Shown: one piece after another, positions 43,719-53,969 of the stretch
Layout: each line of letters begins with the position of its first letter
How positions within the stretch are numbered: the stretch's first letter is position 1
From: a bacterium
GTDB lineage: Bacteria > Acidobacteriota > Blastocatellia > HR10
Assembly (NCBI GenBank): GCA_041640655.1
Contig: JBEPZV010000005.1
Location: 1-64,000 of the forward strand
DNA: 64,000 nucleotides
Direction of reading: 5' to 3'
Notes under the pieces: generated by a model
Databases searched by the model: none
The model's input: the letters and a program-made list of their open reading frames with translations, nothing else
Told to the model about the DNA's origin: nothing
Position numbers and translations under genes: made by a program

Positions 43719-45211
43719 ACACTCGACGGTGGAGCCTTTCGCTGGGCGTAGTGCTTGTGCTCTCCGGCTCGTGGGTGAGAGCGCAGGCGCCGAGTGGACC
43801 ACAACTGCCCGGTCCGGCGACTCAATCTTTGAAGGGCGTGGTTCTGAAGAGGAAGGCGCCGATCAATCGCGAGATCCTGCGCGTGCGCTTGCCGCGGCCG
43901 CAAGAGGCGCGGCTCAAGAACGGCCTGGAGGTCCTGCTTCTTGAGGACCATCGTATCCCGACGTTCTCGATGCAGATGGTGATCCTCAGCGGAGGATTGG
44001 CCGATCCGTCCGATCATCGAGGACTGGCGCAGTTCACGGCGGCGCTCTTGCGCGAGGGGACGAAGCGACGCACGAGCCGAGAGATCGCGGAACAATTGGA
44101 GGCGCTGGGAGCGAGCTTCACGGCAGCCAGCGGTCTCTCGTCATTGACGAGTGTGGTGAGCGTCTCCGGACTGGTCGAGAGCATGGACGAGGTGCTCGAT
44201 CTCTTCGCCGACATCATTCGGAACCCCACGTTCCCGCCCGAAGAGGTCGAGCGGTATAAGACGCGCACGCTCGCGCAGCTTCAGCTTCAGCGGACGATCC
44301 CACAGCTTCTCGCTCAGGAGCGCTTCAATCGCGCGCTCTATGGGGAGCATCCGGCCGGATGGACGATCCCTCCGGTGGATTCGATCCGGCGGCTCACCTC
44401 GGACGCGCTCGCTCGCTTCCATGCCGCGCACTATCGCCCGAACAACGCCTTCCTGGCCGTCGTCGGTGATGTGACGCTTCGCGAACTGCTTCCCAAGCTC
44501 GAGCGGTTCTTCGGGGATTGGGAACCCGCCGAGGTCCCCCCGCTGATGATCCCCTCGGTCACTCCGCCCTCAGCGCGAAAAGTCTATCTCGTTCACCGGC
44601 CGGAGTCGGTGCAGACCGTCCTGCAATTGGGCGTGTTGGGGATCACGCGCACGGATCCGGATTATTTCGCCGTGCTCGTCGCCAATCGCATCTTCGGAGA
44701 CGGGCCGGCGGCGCGCCTCTTTCTGAACCTGCGCGAGGACAAGGGGTACACGTACGGAGCCTACAGCACCTTCACCAGCTCGAAGTTCCCCGGTGTTTGG
44801 GGGGCGGGCGCTGCCGTCCGAACCGAAGTGACCGAGGGCGCGATGCGAGAATTCCTCTATGAGTTGCAGCGCCTGCGCGAAGAGCCCGTCTCGGCCGAGG
44901 AGCTGGAGAATGCCAAGCGGGCGCTCGTCGGCAGCTTCGCCCTCTCGCTCGAGCGTCCAGAGGAGCTGCTGCAGAACATCATCACGCAGAAGATCTACAA
45001 TCTGCCCGCCGATTATTGGGACACATATCCGCAGAAGGTCTTCGCCGTCACGGCTGAGGATGTGCAGCGGGTCGCGCGAAAGTACTTCGATCTGGAGCGC
45101 ATGCAGATTGTCGCCGTCGGCGATGCGCGGCGCATCCGTGAAGTCCTGGCTCAATATGGACCGCTCGAGGTCTTGGATGCGGAAGGGCGTCCCCTCTCTG
45201 CGCTCAACTGA
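43715..45211 (+). CDS. M16 peptidase, non-catalytic partner subunit
   Basis: No HxxEH; RLFLNLREDKGYTY motif; ATGA coupling. Confidence 0.92.
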   Translation: MNTRRWSLSLGVVLVLSGSWVRAQAPSGPQLPGPATQSLKGVVLKRKAPINREILRVRLPRPQEARLKNGLEVLLLEDHRIPTFSMQMVILSGGLADPSDHRGLAQFTAALLREGTKRRTSREIAEQLEALGASFTAASGLSSLTSVVSVSGLVESMDEVLDLFADIIRNPTFPPEEVERYKTRTLAQLQLQRTIPQLLAQERFNRALYGEHPAGWTIPPVDSIRRLTSDALARFHAAHYRPNNAFLAVVGDVTLRELLPKLERFFGDWEPAEVPPLMIPSVTPPSARKVYLVHRPESVQTVLQLGVLGITRTDPDYFAVLVANRIFGDGPAARLFLNLREDKGYTYGAYSTFTSSKFPGVWGAGAAVRTEVTEGAMREFLYELQRLREEPVSAEELENAKRALVGSFALSLERPEELLQNIITQKIYNLPADYWDTYPQKVFAVTAEDVQRVARKYFDLERMQIVAVGDARRIREVLAQYGPLEVLDAEGRPLSALN

Positions 45212-45284
45212 AGGGCGGCAAGGGCTATCGGCCGAGGGCGCGTGATCTGCCAGCTGGAACCAGAGAACAGGCGAGACGCGCTCG

Positions 45285-45968
45285 ATGAGAGATGGTCTCA
45301 CGCATCTCCGCGTGGAGGAGCAGCGCGGATACTGGATCGTCGTTCTGGACTGCGCGCGCGGCTCCGCACCTGGAGCGCCGAATGTGATCAGTCTCGCTGT
45401 GCTCGCCGACGTGCAGGCTCTTGTCGAGGAGGTCGAGCGACGGAGGGACATCGCGGCGGTGATCCTCACGGGAACGGAAGCTGGAGGATTTGCCGCGGGC
45501 GCTGATCTCCGCGAACTCCATCGTCTGACGCCCCAAGAGGCATTCGCTTTCTCTCGGCGGGGTCAGCTCCTGTTTCGTCGCCTTGAACGCGCGCGACCGC
45601 TCTTCATCGCTGCCATTGATGGGTACTGCATAGGCGGCGGGTTGGATCTGGCGCTCGCGTGCGATCTGCGGTACGCGACGACACGCTCCGTCTTCGCCCA
45701 TCCGGGCGCGCGCCTGGGGTTATTGACGGGGTGGGGGGGGACAGCCCGCTTGCCGCGCGTCCTCGGACGGGCTGAAGCCTTGCGCCTCTTCCTCACGGCG
45801 GAGCCCATCTCGGCTGCTGAAGCGTTGCGTCTGGGGCTCATCCATCGGATGACGGATGGAGATGTCCTCGCGCTCGCTCGTCGGAGGGCGGAGGCGGCCG
45901 TCCGCCTCGGTCCTCATGCGGTCTCCCACGTGAAGGGAGTCCTCGAGGCGGCCACGGAATATCGGTGA
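45285..45968 (+). CDS. Enoyl-CoA hydratase/isomerase family protein
   Basis: FAAGADL, AAIDGYCIGGG, GWGGTARLPR. Confidence 0.88.
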   Translation: MRDGLTHLRVEEQRGYWIVVLDCARGSAPGAPNVISLAVLADVQALVEEVERRRDIAAVILTGTEAGGFAAGADLRELHRLTPQEAFAFSRRGQLLFRRLERARPLFIAAIDGYCIGGGLDLALACDLRYATTRSVFAHPGARLGLLTGWGGTARLPRVLGRAEALRLFLTAEPISAAEALRLGLIHRMTDGDVLALARRRAEAAVRLGPHAVSHVKGVLEAATEYR

Positions 45969-46081
45969 GGGCATGGACTTCGATGTGAAACGAATGCTCA
46001 GGGGGAACACCCTGTCAGCTTGGCCCCGCTTCGTCGCTCGCGATATACTTAAGGCGCGACGCGCTCTGGGAAGAAAACGGG

Positions 46082-46543
46082 ATGCCTACAGTCTTAGAGC
46101 TGTACGGGAAGTTGAAGCCCAAGTTGGGAGAAGAGGAAACGCGCGCTCTCCTTGAGTTCGTGGAGACCTCGATCGAGCGCAGGGCAGCGACCAAGGAAGA
46201 CCTGCGGCAAACGGGGGCTGAGCTTCGGGAAGAAATCCGAAAGACGGAAGCTGCCCTGAAGGGAGACATTCGCCAGGTCGAGGGGGAACTTCGGGAAGAA
46301 ATTCAGCGACTGGAGGGGGAGCTGCGAAAAATAGAGATGGGATTGCGGAGCGAGATCCACCGACTGGAAGGGGAATTGCAGAAGATGGGAACAGGGCTTC
46401 GGGGGGAGATCCATCGGTTGGATCAGAAAATCGACGGGGCGAAGGTGGAGTTGCTCCAATGGACATTTGGCTTTTGGGTCGGGAATATCGCCGTCCTCTC
46501 CGGGATTATGTTCGCCTTGTTTCGCGCCTTCATCGGAACATAG
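46082..46543 (+). CDS. DUF1640/CCDC90-like coiled-coil protein with C-terminal membrane anchor
   Basis: ATKEDL motif, LRxEI repeats, LLQWTFGFW hydrophobic tail. Confidence 0.8.
   Translation: MPTVLELYGKLKPKLGEEETRALLEFVETSIERRAATKEDLRQTGAELREEIRKTEAALKGDIRQVEGELREEIQRLEGELRKIEMGLRSEIHRLEGELQKMGTGLRGEIHRLDQKIDGAKVELLQWTFGFWVGNIAVLSGIMFALFRAFIGT
46223..46417 (+). repeat. Degenerate intragenic tandem repeats (54-nt units at 46289, 46343, 46397)
   Basis: LREEIQRLEGELRKIEMG / LRSEIHRLEGELQKMGTG / LRGEIHR; cttcgggaagaaat exact at 46223 and 46289. Confidence 0.75.
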
Positions 46544-46772
46544 TCGCTTCGTCTCCGAATTGAGGCCGTCCCCCGTATGGGCGAAGCGTGGACCTTGGCG
46601 CTCACGTGAACGTGATCTCGTGCGAGGAGTGCACAGCAACTTGCAGGGCCTCATCTGGCGTGGCCCAGTGGTTGCGCCTGTTGGTATGCTCCCAAGCAGG
46701 GAGCTGAGGCGAGCACCGGCGCAGGAAATCCGCAGTGGCTGGCGCTCTTTGTCGCCGAGAGGGAGGTGAGGG

Positions 46773-47255
46773 ATGGCGCGACGTCATGAGAGCCTGATCC
46801 CGCTCTCGCATGGGCACCATCACGGACTGGTCCTGAGCCTTCGCGTGAAGCGCGCATTCGCTCGCGGCTCGCCCGATGCGGAAGGACTCCGGGAGCTGAC
46901 GCGCGCGGTCGTCGCCTTCTTCGAGAGTGATCTTGTGCCGCACTTCGCTGCCGAGGAGGAGGGGCTCTTCCCCATTATGGAGGCGAACCTTGGACGCCTC
47001 GCGCTCATTGAGGAATTGCGCGAGGAACACAGCCGCTTCCGCGCCTGGGTCGAAGAGTTGCGCCGCTCGATGGAGACTGCTTCTTCAGCGGAGGCGCTTC
47101 AGGCCTTCGGTGCGCTTCTTCACGATCATATTCGGAAGGAGGAGCGGGTCTTGTTCCCGATCTTCGAGCAGCGAATGCCACCGGAGGAGGCCCGACGAGC
47201 AGGCGAAGCGATCGCGGGGCGGTTGGCCATCCTCTCCCCACGCGATGGGGGATGA
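46773..47255 (+). CDS. Hemerythrin (HHE) domain protein
   Basis: LSHGHHHGL, HFAAEE..LFP, EEH, HIRKEERVLFP. Confidence 0.9.
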   Translation: MARRHESLIPLSHGHHHGLVLSLRVKRAFARGSPDAEGLRELTRAVVAFFESDLVPHFAAEEEGLFPIMEANLGRLALIEELREEHSRFRAWVEELRRSMETASSAEALQAFGALLHDHIRKEERVLFPIFEQRMPPEEARRAGEAIAGRLAILSPRDGG

Positions 47256-47279
47256 CGTCTGGCCACCGCTCGATGTATA

Positions 47280-48074
47280 ATGGCGGCGTCTATGCCGAGG
47301 CCGACGCCGAGACGCGATGTGCTCGTCGCCATCATGAACAATCGGCGCGACTTGGAGATCGCGCGCCTGCAGCATTGGTATCGCATCCCCGTTCGGAGCG
47401 CGCCCAAGAACATCGAGGAGGCTCAGTGGCTCGCCTTCTATCAAACGGCGGCGTTCGGCGAGGAGCGCTGGGCCATTCGTTATTACGCGCCGATCCTCGG
47501 GCGCTCGATCGTGAAACGGCGGGAGCTGTTCCCCGATCAGCCGGATCATCCTCGGGCGGAGCATGAATATTACAAGCTGGAGCTTGGAGAGCTTCGATGC
47601 CTGGAACGTCCGATCATCAGTCGGCGCGGACGCCGCATCGTCTTCATCCCGACGACGTGGGAGAAGTTCTGCCGTGCTGAGGAGATCAATGATCTTTTTC
47701 ACGAGAGCCCGCTCGAAGACGCGCTCTATGCGGCGCTGAAGCGGCATCGGATCGAGAGTGAGCGTCAGTTCTTCGTCCGCATCGGGGACGCGCGCTACTG
47801 CCTGGACTTCGCCATCTTCTGCCGTCGGGGGAACATCGACGTCGAGTGCGATGGCGACGCGTGGCATTCGGATCCAAAGGTCCTTCATCGAGATCGGCAG
47901 CGCAATAATGTGCTGACGAGCGCCGGATGGGCGGTCCTGCGCTTCGGGAGTCGCGAGCTGAGCGTCCAGATGAGGACTTGCCTTCACCTGATCCGCGCGA
48001 CGATCCGCACACAAGGAGGGCTTCTGCGCGCCGAGGGCGCGCTCGCTGCCCGCACATCGCGGCGTTCCGCTTGA
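47280..48074 (+). CDS. DUF559/Vsr-like endonuclease with N-terminal PUA/EVE-like domain
   Basis: ESPLE, LDFA, VECDGDAWH, DRQRNN.L..AGWAVLRF; N-terminal LVAI...WYRIP...LAFYQ. Confidence 0.82.
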   Translation: MAASMPRPTPRRDVLVAIMNNRRDLEIARLQHWYRIPVRSAPKNIEEAQWLAFYQTAAFGEERWAIRYYAPILGRSIVKRRELFPDQPDHPRAEHEYYKLELGELRCLERPIISRRGRRIVFIPTTWEKFCRAEEINDLFHESPLEDALYAALKRHRIESERQFFVRIGDARYCLDFAIFCRRGNIDVECDGDAWHSDPKVLHRDRQRNNVLTSAGWAVLRFGSRELSVQMRTCLHLIRATIRTQGGLLRAEGALAARTSRRSA

Positions 48075-48076
48075 CC

Positions 48077-50287
48077 TCACCGGCGCTCAGGCTCTTCGGG
48101 CTTCGAGGCCTCCTCTCGCAACGTGTCCAGCAGGACCTTCCAATCGAGCCACGGTTCTTTCCCCTTGATCCACTTCTCGAACCACTGGAACTCGGCGACC
48201 ATCTTCACCAACTGATACCGCGGATTCGTCAGCGCGTGCGGCATGCCCGGATAGATGATGAATTCGGTCGGTACGCCCAGCTTCTTCAACGCCATGTGCA
48301 GTTCTTCACTCTGAGGGCGCGGCACGCGCGGGTCCGCTTCCCCCACATGGATCAGCGTCGGCGTCTTTGCGCGCGTGATGTACCGGATGGGCGAGACCGC
48401 GACATAGTGATCCCAGTTCTCGTACGGTCGCCCTTTGAAGTAGAACTCGCGGGGGACTTGCACGTCGGTCTGGGCGTACATGGAGATCCAATTCACGGCT
48501 CCGGCCCCTGTGGAGATCGCCTTGAAGCGATCGGTCTGCACGAGCGTCCAATTGGAGAAATGGCCGCCGGCGCTCCATCCCATCATGCCGAGCTTCTCCG
48601 GATCGGCGATGCCCCGCGCGATCAGTTCATCCACGCCGGTCATGATGTCCTCATATCCCTGCCGGAAATAGTCGCCCGCGATCTGCATCTTGAACCGCTC
48701 ACCGTAGTTCGATGAGCCGCGATAGTTGGGTTGAAAGACGGCGTAGCCATTGGCCGCGAAGACGTGCACGTATGTGCCGTAGCTTCCCGAGAACGAATTC
48801 ATGTAAGCGGCTGCCGGCCCGCCATGCAGCTGGACGATGAGGGGATACCGCCGTCCGGGCTCATATCCGACCGGCTTGATGAGGAGACCCTCGACCATCT
48901 GCCCGTCGGTACTCCTCCAGCGGATGGTCTCGTATTCCCCGAGGGCGATCTCCTCGATCTGCGGATTCGCGCGCGTCAGGCGCGTCCATTGGGATCGCTG
49001 CCCCACCTTGTCGAGCGTGGTGATGTAGAAGTCGGGCGGATTCTCTGGATCGGTGAAGGTCAACAGTACCCATCCGGTATCCTCATCGAACGTGGCCGAG
49101 AGAACGCCCGTCTCACGGGTGAGCTGCGTGACGCGCCCCGTCTCCACGGAGATGGCGAAGAGATGTGCGTTGACCCCAACGCCTTCGGTGAAGTAGAGCA
49201 TTTTGCCGTCCCGACTCCAGAAGCCCAGGGAGACATCGCCGTCGAAATCGGTCTCCACCTCGCGCACCGGTCCTCCGCGCGCCGGCGCGAGATAAATGCG
49301 GAGATTGCGCATGTAGGTGAAATCATCGGGAGCCGTGAAGGCCAGCCATACGCCGTCGGGGGAGAAACTCATGGTCCCCTCGCTCACCCCGTTTCGCGTG
49401 AGCCGCTCGACGACACCGGTCGTCAGATCGAGCCGGTAGACCTCGGCCTCTTCGCCCGTCGCATATCGGGAGGTCGAAGCCCCGCGGAAGGCGATGGTGC
49501 GATGGTCCTTGGAGATCACGAAAGCGGCGACGCTATACTCCGAACCCGAGGTCCAGCGCCTCACGGCCTTGGTCTCGACATCTACGGCCCACAAGTGAGC
49601 CGGGGGCTTCGGCTGATCCACGAGGCGCACGTCGAACTTCTTCTCCCGCCGCTCCCGATCGAGCTTGTCCAAGAAGTCGGGCGAGGTGAAATAGATGAGC
49701 CGGCTGTCCGGGCTCCACTCCCATCGCAGGACACCCGTCTCATGCGTGGTCAGCGGAATGGGCCTCTCCGCATCGAAGCGAGCGGGCAAAAGCCACAATT
49801 GGCGTTCGCCCTCCTTCCCGGCCGTGAAGGCCAGCCAGCGGCCATCGCGGCTGAAGGCGAAGCGCTCCACACCATCCTTGTGGTCTGTCACCCGGCGCGC
49901 TTCGCCGCCATCCGGGCGCATGACGTAAAGCTGCGTGTTCCCCTCGCGATCCGAGAGGAAGGCGAAGAATGTCCCATCGCGAGACCACGCGGGACTGTGC
50001 TCGTCCTTGTTCGTCGTGAAGGTCAGTTGGCGCGAGGGGCCGCCGGCGGTCGAGACGAGAAAGAGGTCGCGGAAGCGTTTGCCCTCCTTCCAATTGAGCG
50101 TCGTCACTGTGTAGAGCAGCCACTTTCCGTCTGGAGAGAGCGCCGGATCACCGACTGTGCGCAACTCCAGAACGTCCATGAACGTCATCCCGCGCTTCGG
50201 GCGCTGGGCCGCGGCGACGTGATTCATCACTACAAGCGGCATGCACCAGGCGAGAACCCAGGTGATTACCCGACGGTACTGCCCCAT
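48077..50287 (-). CDS. S9 family peptidase with propeller domain
   Basis: Signal peptide; HGGP, NYRGS, GWSAGG nucleophile, DPRVP, MPH. Confidence 0.95.
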   Translation of the reverse strand: MGQYRRVITWVLAWCMPLVVMNHVAAAQRPKRGMTFMDVLELRTVGDPALSPDGKWLLYTVTTLNWKEGKRFRDLFLVSTAGGPSRQLTFTTNKDEHSPAWSRDGTFFAFLSDREGNTQLYVMRPDGGEARRVTDHKDGVERFAFSRDGRWLAFTAGKEGERQLWLLPARFDAERPIPLTTHETGVLRWEWSPDSRLIYFTSPDFLDKLDRERREKKFDVRLVDQPKPPAHLWAVDVETKAVRRWTSGSEYSVAAFVISKDHRTIAFRGASTSRYATGEEAEVYRLDLTTGVVERLTRNGVSEGTMSFSPDGVWLAFTAPDDFTYMRNLRIYLAPARGGPVREVETDFDGDVSLGFWSRDGKMLYFTEGVGVNAHLFAISVETGRVTQLTRETGVLSATFDEDTGWVLLTFTDPENPPDFYITTLDKVGQRSQWTRLTRANPQIEEIALGEYETIRWRSTDGQMVEGLLIKPVGYEPGRRYPLIVQLHGGPAAAYMNSFSGSYGTYVHVFAANGYAVFQPNYRGSSNYGERFKMQIAGDYFRQGYEDIMTGVDELIARGIADPEKLGMMGWSAGGHFSNWTLVQTDRFKAISTGAGAVNWISMYAQTDVQVPREFYFKGRPYENWDHYVAVSPIRYITRAKTPTLIHVGEADPRVPRPQSEELHMALKKLGVPTEFIIYPGMPHALTNPRYQLVKMVAEFQWFEKWIKGKEPWLDWKVLLDTLREEASKPEEPERR

Positions 50288-50332
50288 AGGTCGTTCCCTC
50301 CCATGAGTCAAACTCCCCTGCGTTCCGCCAAA

Positions 50333-50384
50333 CCATAGAGTATCGCGGCGGGGCTTGTCAAAAGGCGAAACCGCTGCGTATAAT
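50333..50384. promoter_or_regulatory. Overlapping divergent sigma70 promoters
   Basis: Plus: TTGTCA-18nt-TATAAT (50355-50384); minus: TTGACA-17nt-TATGGT (50361-50333). Confidence 0.65.
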
Positions 50385-50553
50385 CCCGCCGCATCTCGCG
50401 CGGAGGCGACCGATGTCGAGCCCACATCCGGCACAACAGGAGGGGATTCGCGGAGTTTGCCTGGTGCGGAATTATGGCCAGCGTAATGCGTCGCTCTGCA
50501 GCTGGTATCATCGCGGGTTCTCACGGGACAAAAGTGCGGGGTGAAGTGAGGAC

Positions 50554-51711
50554 ATGGCCTCTTATCGAATCCCGTTCAACAAACCCTCGCTCCTCGGAAA
50601 CGAGCTGAACTATATGGCAGAAGCCGTCCGATTGCACCATATCTCCGGCGATGGGCACTATACGAGACGGTGTCAGGCTCTTCTCGAACAGGTGCTTCAG
50701 GCGCCGAGGGTTCTCCTCACCCCGTCGGGGACGCACGCCTTGGAGTTGATCGCCCTGTTGTTGGATGTTCGAGAGGGGGATGAGGTGATCGTTCCGTCCT
50801 TCACCTTCGTCTCCACGGCCAATGCGTTCGTCCTGCGGGGGGCGCGGCCCGTCTTCGCCGACATTCGCCCGGACACGCTCAATCTGGATGAGACCCAACT
50901 CGAACGGCTCATCACGCCGCGCACGCGGGCCATCGTCGTCGTGCACTACGCGGGGGTGGGGTGCGAGATGGAGGCCATTCTGGAGATCGCCCGGCGTCAC
51001 GGCGTGGCTGTGGTCGAGGACAACGCGCACGGGTTGTTCGGCGCCTACAAGGGGAAGCCGCTCGGCACGTTCGGATGTCTGGCTGCCCTGAGCTTCCACG
51101 AGACGAAGAACATCACCTGCGGCGAGGGTGGAGCGCTCATCATCAACGATCCGCAGTACATCGAGCGCGCGGAGATCATCCGGGAAAAAGGGACCGACCG
51201 CGCGCGCTTCTTCCGGGGCGAAGTGGACAAGTACACCTGGGTTGATGTGGGATCGAGCTATCTCTTGTCGGACCTCTTGGCGGCATTCCTCTACGCGCAA
51301 CTCGAAGTTCGCGAGCAGATTCAGGCTAAACGCCGTCGCATCTGGGAGTACTATGCCGAGCATTTGACGGAGTGGGCCGAGGCGCACGGCGTTCGGCTCC
51401 CCTATGTTCCGCCGCATTGTCAGCCATCGTATCACCTGTTCTATCTGCTCATGCCCTCGCTGGAGGAGCGGCAGGCGTTGATCGCGCACCTGAAGGCGCG
51501 CAGCATCCTGAGCGTCTTCCATTATCAACCATTGCATCTGTCAGAGATGGGCCGGCGTTTCGGGGGGCATCCCGGTCAATGCCCTGTCACAGAAGACGTC
51601 AGCGATCGCCTGCTTCGCCTGCCGTTCTATAACTCCATGACGGAGGAGGAGCTCGCGGCTGTTGTGTCGGCTCTCAAAGACTTCGACGGGTGGGCGAGGA
51701 GGACGAGTTGA
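50554..51711 (+). CDS. rffA: dTDP-4-amino-4,6-dideoxygalactose transaminase (DegT/DnrJ family)
   Basis: IPFNKP, SFTFVSTANAF, SFHETKN, GEGG, VDKYTW.D.GSSY. Confidence 0.93.
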   Translation: MASYRIPFNKPSLLGNELNYMAEAVRLHHISGDGHYTRRCQALLEQVLQAPRVLLTPSGTHALELIALLLDVREGDEVIVPSFTFVSTANAFVLRGARPVFADIRPDTLNLDETQLERLITPRTRAIVVVHYAGVGCEMEAILEIARRHGVAVVEDNAHGLFGAYKGKPLGTFGCLAALSFHETKNITCGEGGALIINDPQYIERAEIIREKGTDRARFFRGEVDKYTWVDVGSSYLLSDLLAAFLYAQLEVREQIQAKRRRIWEYYAEHLTEWAEAHGVRLPYVPPHCQPSYHLFYLLMPSLEERQALIAHLKARSILSVFHYQPLHLSEMGRRFGGHPGQCPVTEDVSDRLLRLPFYNSMTEEELAAVVSALKDFDGWARRTS

Positions 51712-51863
51712 CCCCCTGGGATTCCTGATCTCGCGCGCCTGTGGAGGTGGCCTCTCCTTCGTTCCGGCGGTGACTCTTCCCGGTGGCTCCTGCCTCGCGG
51801 GGTTATCGGAACGGTCTATTTCCAGTACGAGTCCATGAGGAGCACTTTGCTCCCATCGGCCGT

Positions 51864-53969
51864 TCAGGGCGGAGAGACGAGCACTACCGGGATTTGAATC
51901 ATGTTGTTGTCTTCGTCCGTCTCCGCGACGCTTCGCTTCGAGTCGGCGGTGATGCGGATCGCGGCGGGTCCCGGAGGAACGGGGATGGGCAGCGGGAAAC
52001 CGGGGAGTTGAACGACCGGCGGGACAGAGAGCGTGACGAGGAAGGGGGCGAAGCGACCGCGACCCAGGCGTGGTGTCTCCACGGTTCGAAGAGGAGCGTG
52101 GAGTTGGAGGGGGAAGGGGCCGATGGTGATCGTGAACACCAGGCTGATCTCGTGCGTTGCCGGATCGGCCGTGCCTTCGCCCTGATTGGCGATGAGGAAA
52201 AAGAGCGCCGTCGGTGCGCCGATCACGAGCGTCGGGGGATCACCCGGAGCGAGGAAGCGCGCGGCTTCTACGACCAAATCAGGGAGCGGCGCCTTGAGCT
52301 GGATCGGGAATTCCACGGTGTTGTCCGCCTCGTTCGACTCGCGCACATCGCCGCGCGGGCGTTCATCAGTCGGCGGGTCCGCTTCCAGACGTACGAGCGC
52401 GGGGCCTGCCTCGGCTTGCGCGGGCACGCGCAGCGCGAAATCTGCGGGAGGGAATTCGGAGCGTCCCGCCTCAATCGGACGGCGCGTTCGAAACTCCGCC
52501 TGTGCGAGTTGTCGTCCGTTCTGGATCAACGCGGCGCGCACGCGCACACCGGCCGGAGCGGGAGCGCGATCGTGCGGATGATCCCGCACATTCGCGATGC
52601 GGAACCGGAGGTTCACGCTTTGACCGAGCAGCACCTCCTGAGGGACGGAGACCTCGAGCAGGCGCAGGTTCGGCAGGTCTATGTGGAAACTCGCGCGCGG
52701 GGACTCTTCATCCGTGTCCGTCGTCGCTTCTTCGGAAACCCGCTCGATGTTGAACTGCACGATCGCTTCACCCTCCTCGACGTCCGGGGGAATGAGAAGC
52801 TGCGGCGTCGGAAGAGTCGAGGGTCCCTCAGACGCTTCTTGAGCAGCACCGATACGGAGGCTTCCTCCGCAGGGGGCGAGCGCAACGTTCGGCAATCGGA
52901 TTGTGTCAGGCTCCACGCGCAACGGCGTCTCACCGGCGCGCGCGCTCAGGCGCACTTCGAGCATCGGGCTCGTCCCCTGTTGATTCCCGCGGTTGATGAG
53001 GGTGAAACCGAGGGCGGCCGTCTCTCCGGGGAGGACGGAATCCCCCGGCGCTCGATCCGGTGGGGCGATGCTGACGTCCTCCACCTTCACATCGGCGCCC
53101 GTGCCGATCACGAGGAAGCGGCGCTCGGCGAGCGCTTCCGGCTGCAGGAGGAAATCGAGGACTAAGCGTCGTCCAGGGATGAGCGTGGGCGTCGGGACCT
53201 CCACGGGTTCCATCGAGCGGAGGCGTCGCCGTTCTCCGGCTGCGAGACGACCGAGTCGCAGGCGCCCGCTCGCCAGGAGGGTCTGAGACTCGCGCTCCCG
53301 CAGCTCATAGAGGAGTTGCGCATCGTCTACCGGATTGAAGGTCACGTTCTGAATTTCCAGCTCGAACCCGACGGCGGTCGCTCCCTGGCAATCGGGGAGC
53401 ACCGTGGGGAAGACCGTGAGATTGCGCATACGGAGCCGGGCGACGGTGACCTCTTGTGCCGGTGAGAGGGGAAGAGAGACCCCGTGAGTGGAGCGTACAT
53501 GAGCCAGTACGGCGAGACGCCGACGACCAACGGACAGCGCGCGCGAGCTGGCCACTCGGAAAGAGCGCGTCAGGAGACGTTGCCCGCGAGGGGCGATCGC
53601 TTCGGGGGCGATCTCCGAGGGCGCGGGTGCCTCCGGAGGGAGGATTTCGAGAACGGTCTCCCCATCGGGGCTCAGGACGAGGAGGTGAAGAGCTTCGACC
53701 TGGACGGTTTCGTCTCGATCGTTCTGCAGCAGCACGCGCGCGGTCACCAGATCGCCGGGAGCGAGAATCCGGGGATGCAGGTCGCGAAGGTGCACGCGAA
53801 GTCCGATCGGAGCCGATTCGCCGAAGGTGACGACCGGGTCGTGCGTCGCGCTCACCGGGGGCGCGATGGCGTTCAGCAGGAGCGCCCAGAGAATGGTCAG
53901 GCGACCGAACGATCGTGCCGCTTGATCCCGCACGAGGGGAAACCTAGCGAGTTTCGCGCGCGCGCGCAA
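51864..53969 (-). CDS. Secreted multi-Ig (CARDB-domain) protein; start uncertain
   Basis: Signal-like segment; LPDLVV, NQG, ESNEADN, ETDEDNN motifs. Confidence 0.75.
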   Translation of the reverse strand: MRARAKLARFPLVRDQAARSFGRLTILWALLLNAIAPPVSATHDPVVTFGESAPIGLRVHLRDLHPRILAPGDLVTARVLLQNDRDETVQVEALHLLVLSPDGETVLEILPPEAPAPSEIAPEAIAPRGQRLLTRSFRVASSRALSVGRRRLAVLAHVRSTHGVSLPLSPAQEVTVARLRMRNLTVFPTVLPDCQGATAVGFELEIQNVTFNPVDDAQLLYELRERESQTLLASGRLRLGRLAAGERRRLRSMEPVEVPTPTLIPGRRLVLDFLLQPEALAERRFLVIGTGADVKVEDVSIAPPDRAPGDSVLPGETAALGFTLINRGNQQGTSPMLEVRLSARAGETPLRVEPDTIRLPNVALAPCGGSLRIGAAQEASEGPSTLPTPQLLIPPDVEEGEAIVQFNIERVSEEATTDTDEESPRASFHIDLPNLRLLEVSVPQEVLLGQSVNLRFRIANVRDHPHDRAPAPAGVRVRAALIQNGRQLAQAEFRTRRPIEAGRSEFPPADFALRVPAQAEAGPALVRLEADPPTDERPRGDVRESNEADNTVEFPIQLKAPLPDLVVEAARFLAPGDPPTLVIGAPTALFFLIANQGEGTADPATHEISLVFTITIGPFPLQLHAPLRTVETPRLGRGRFAPFLVTLSVPPVVQLPGFPLPIPVPPGPAAIRITADSKRSVAETDEDNNMIQIPVVLVSPP

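Noticed and set aside
46223..46417. Possible CRISPR or mobile-element repeat
   Set aside because: Repeats are degenerate, in frame and without unique spacers; they encode a coiled coil
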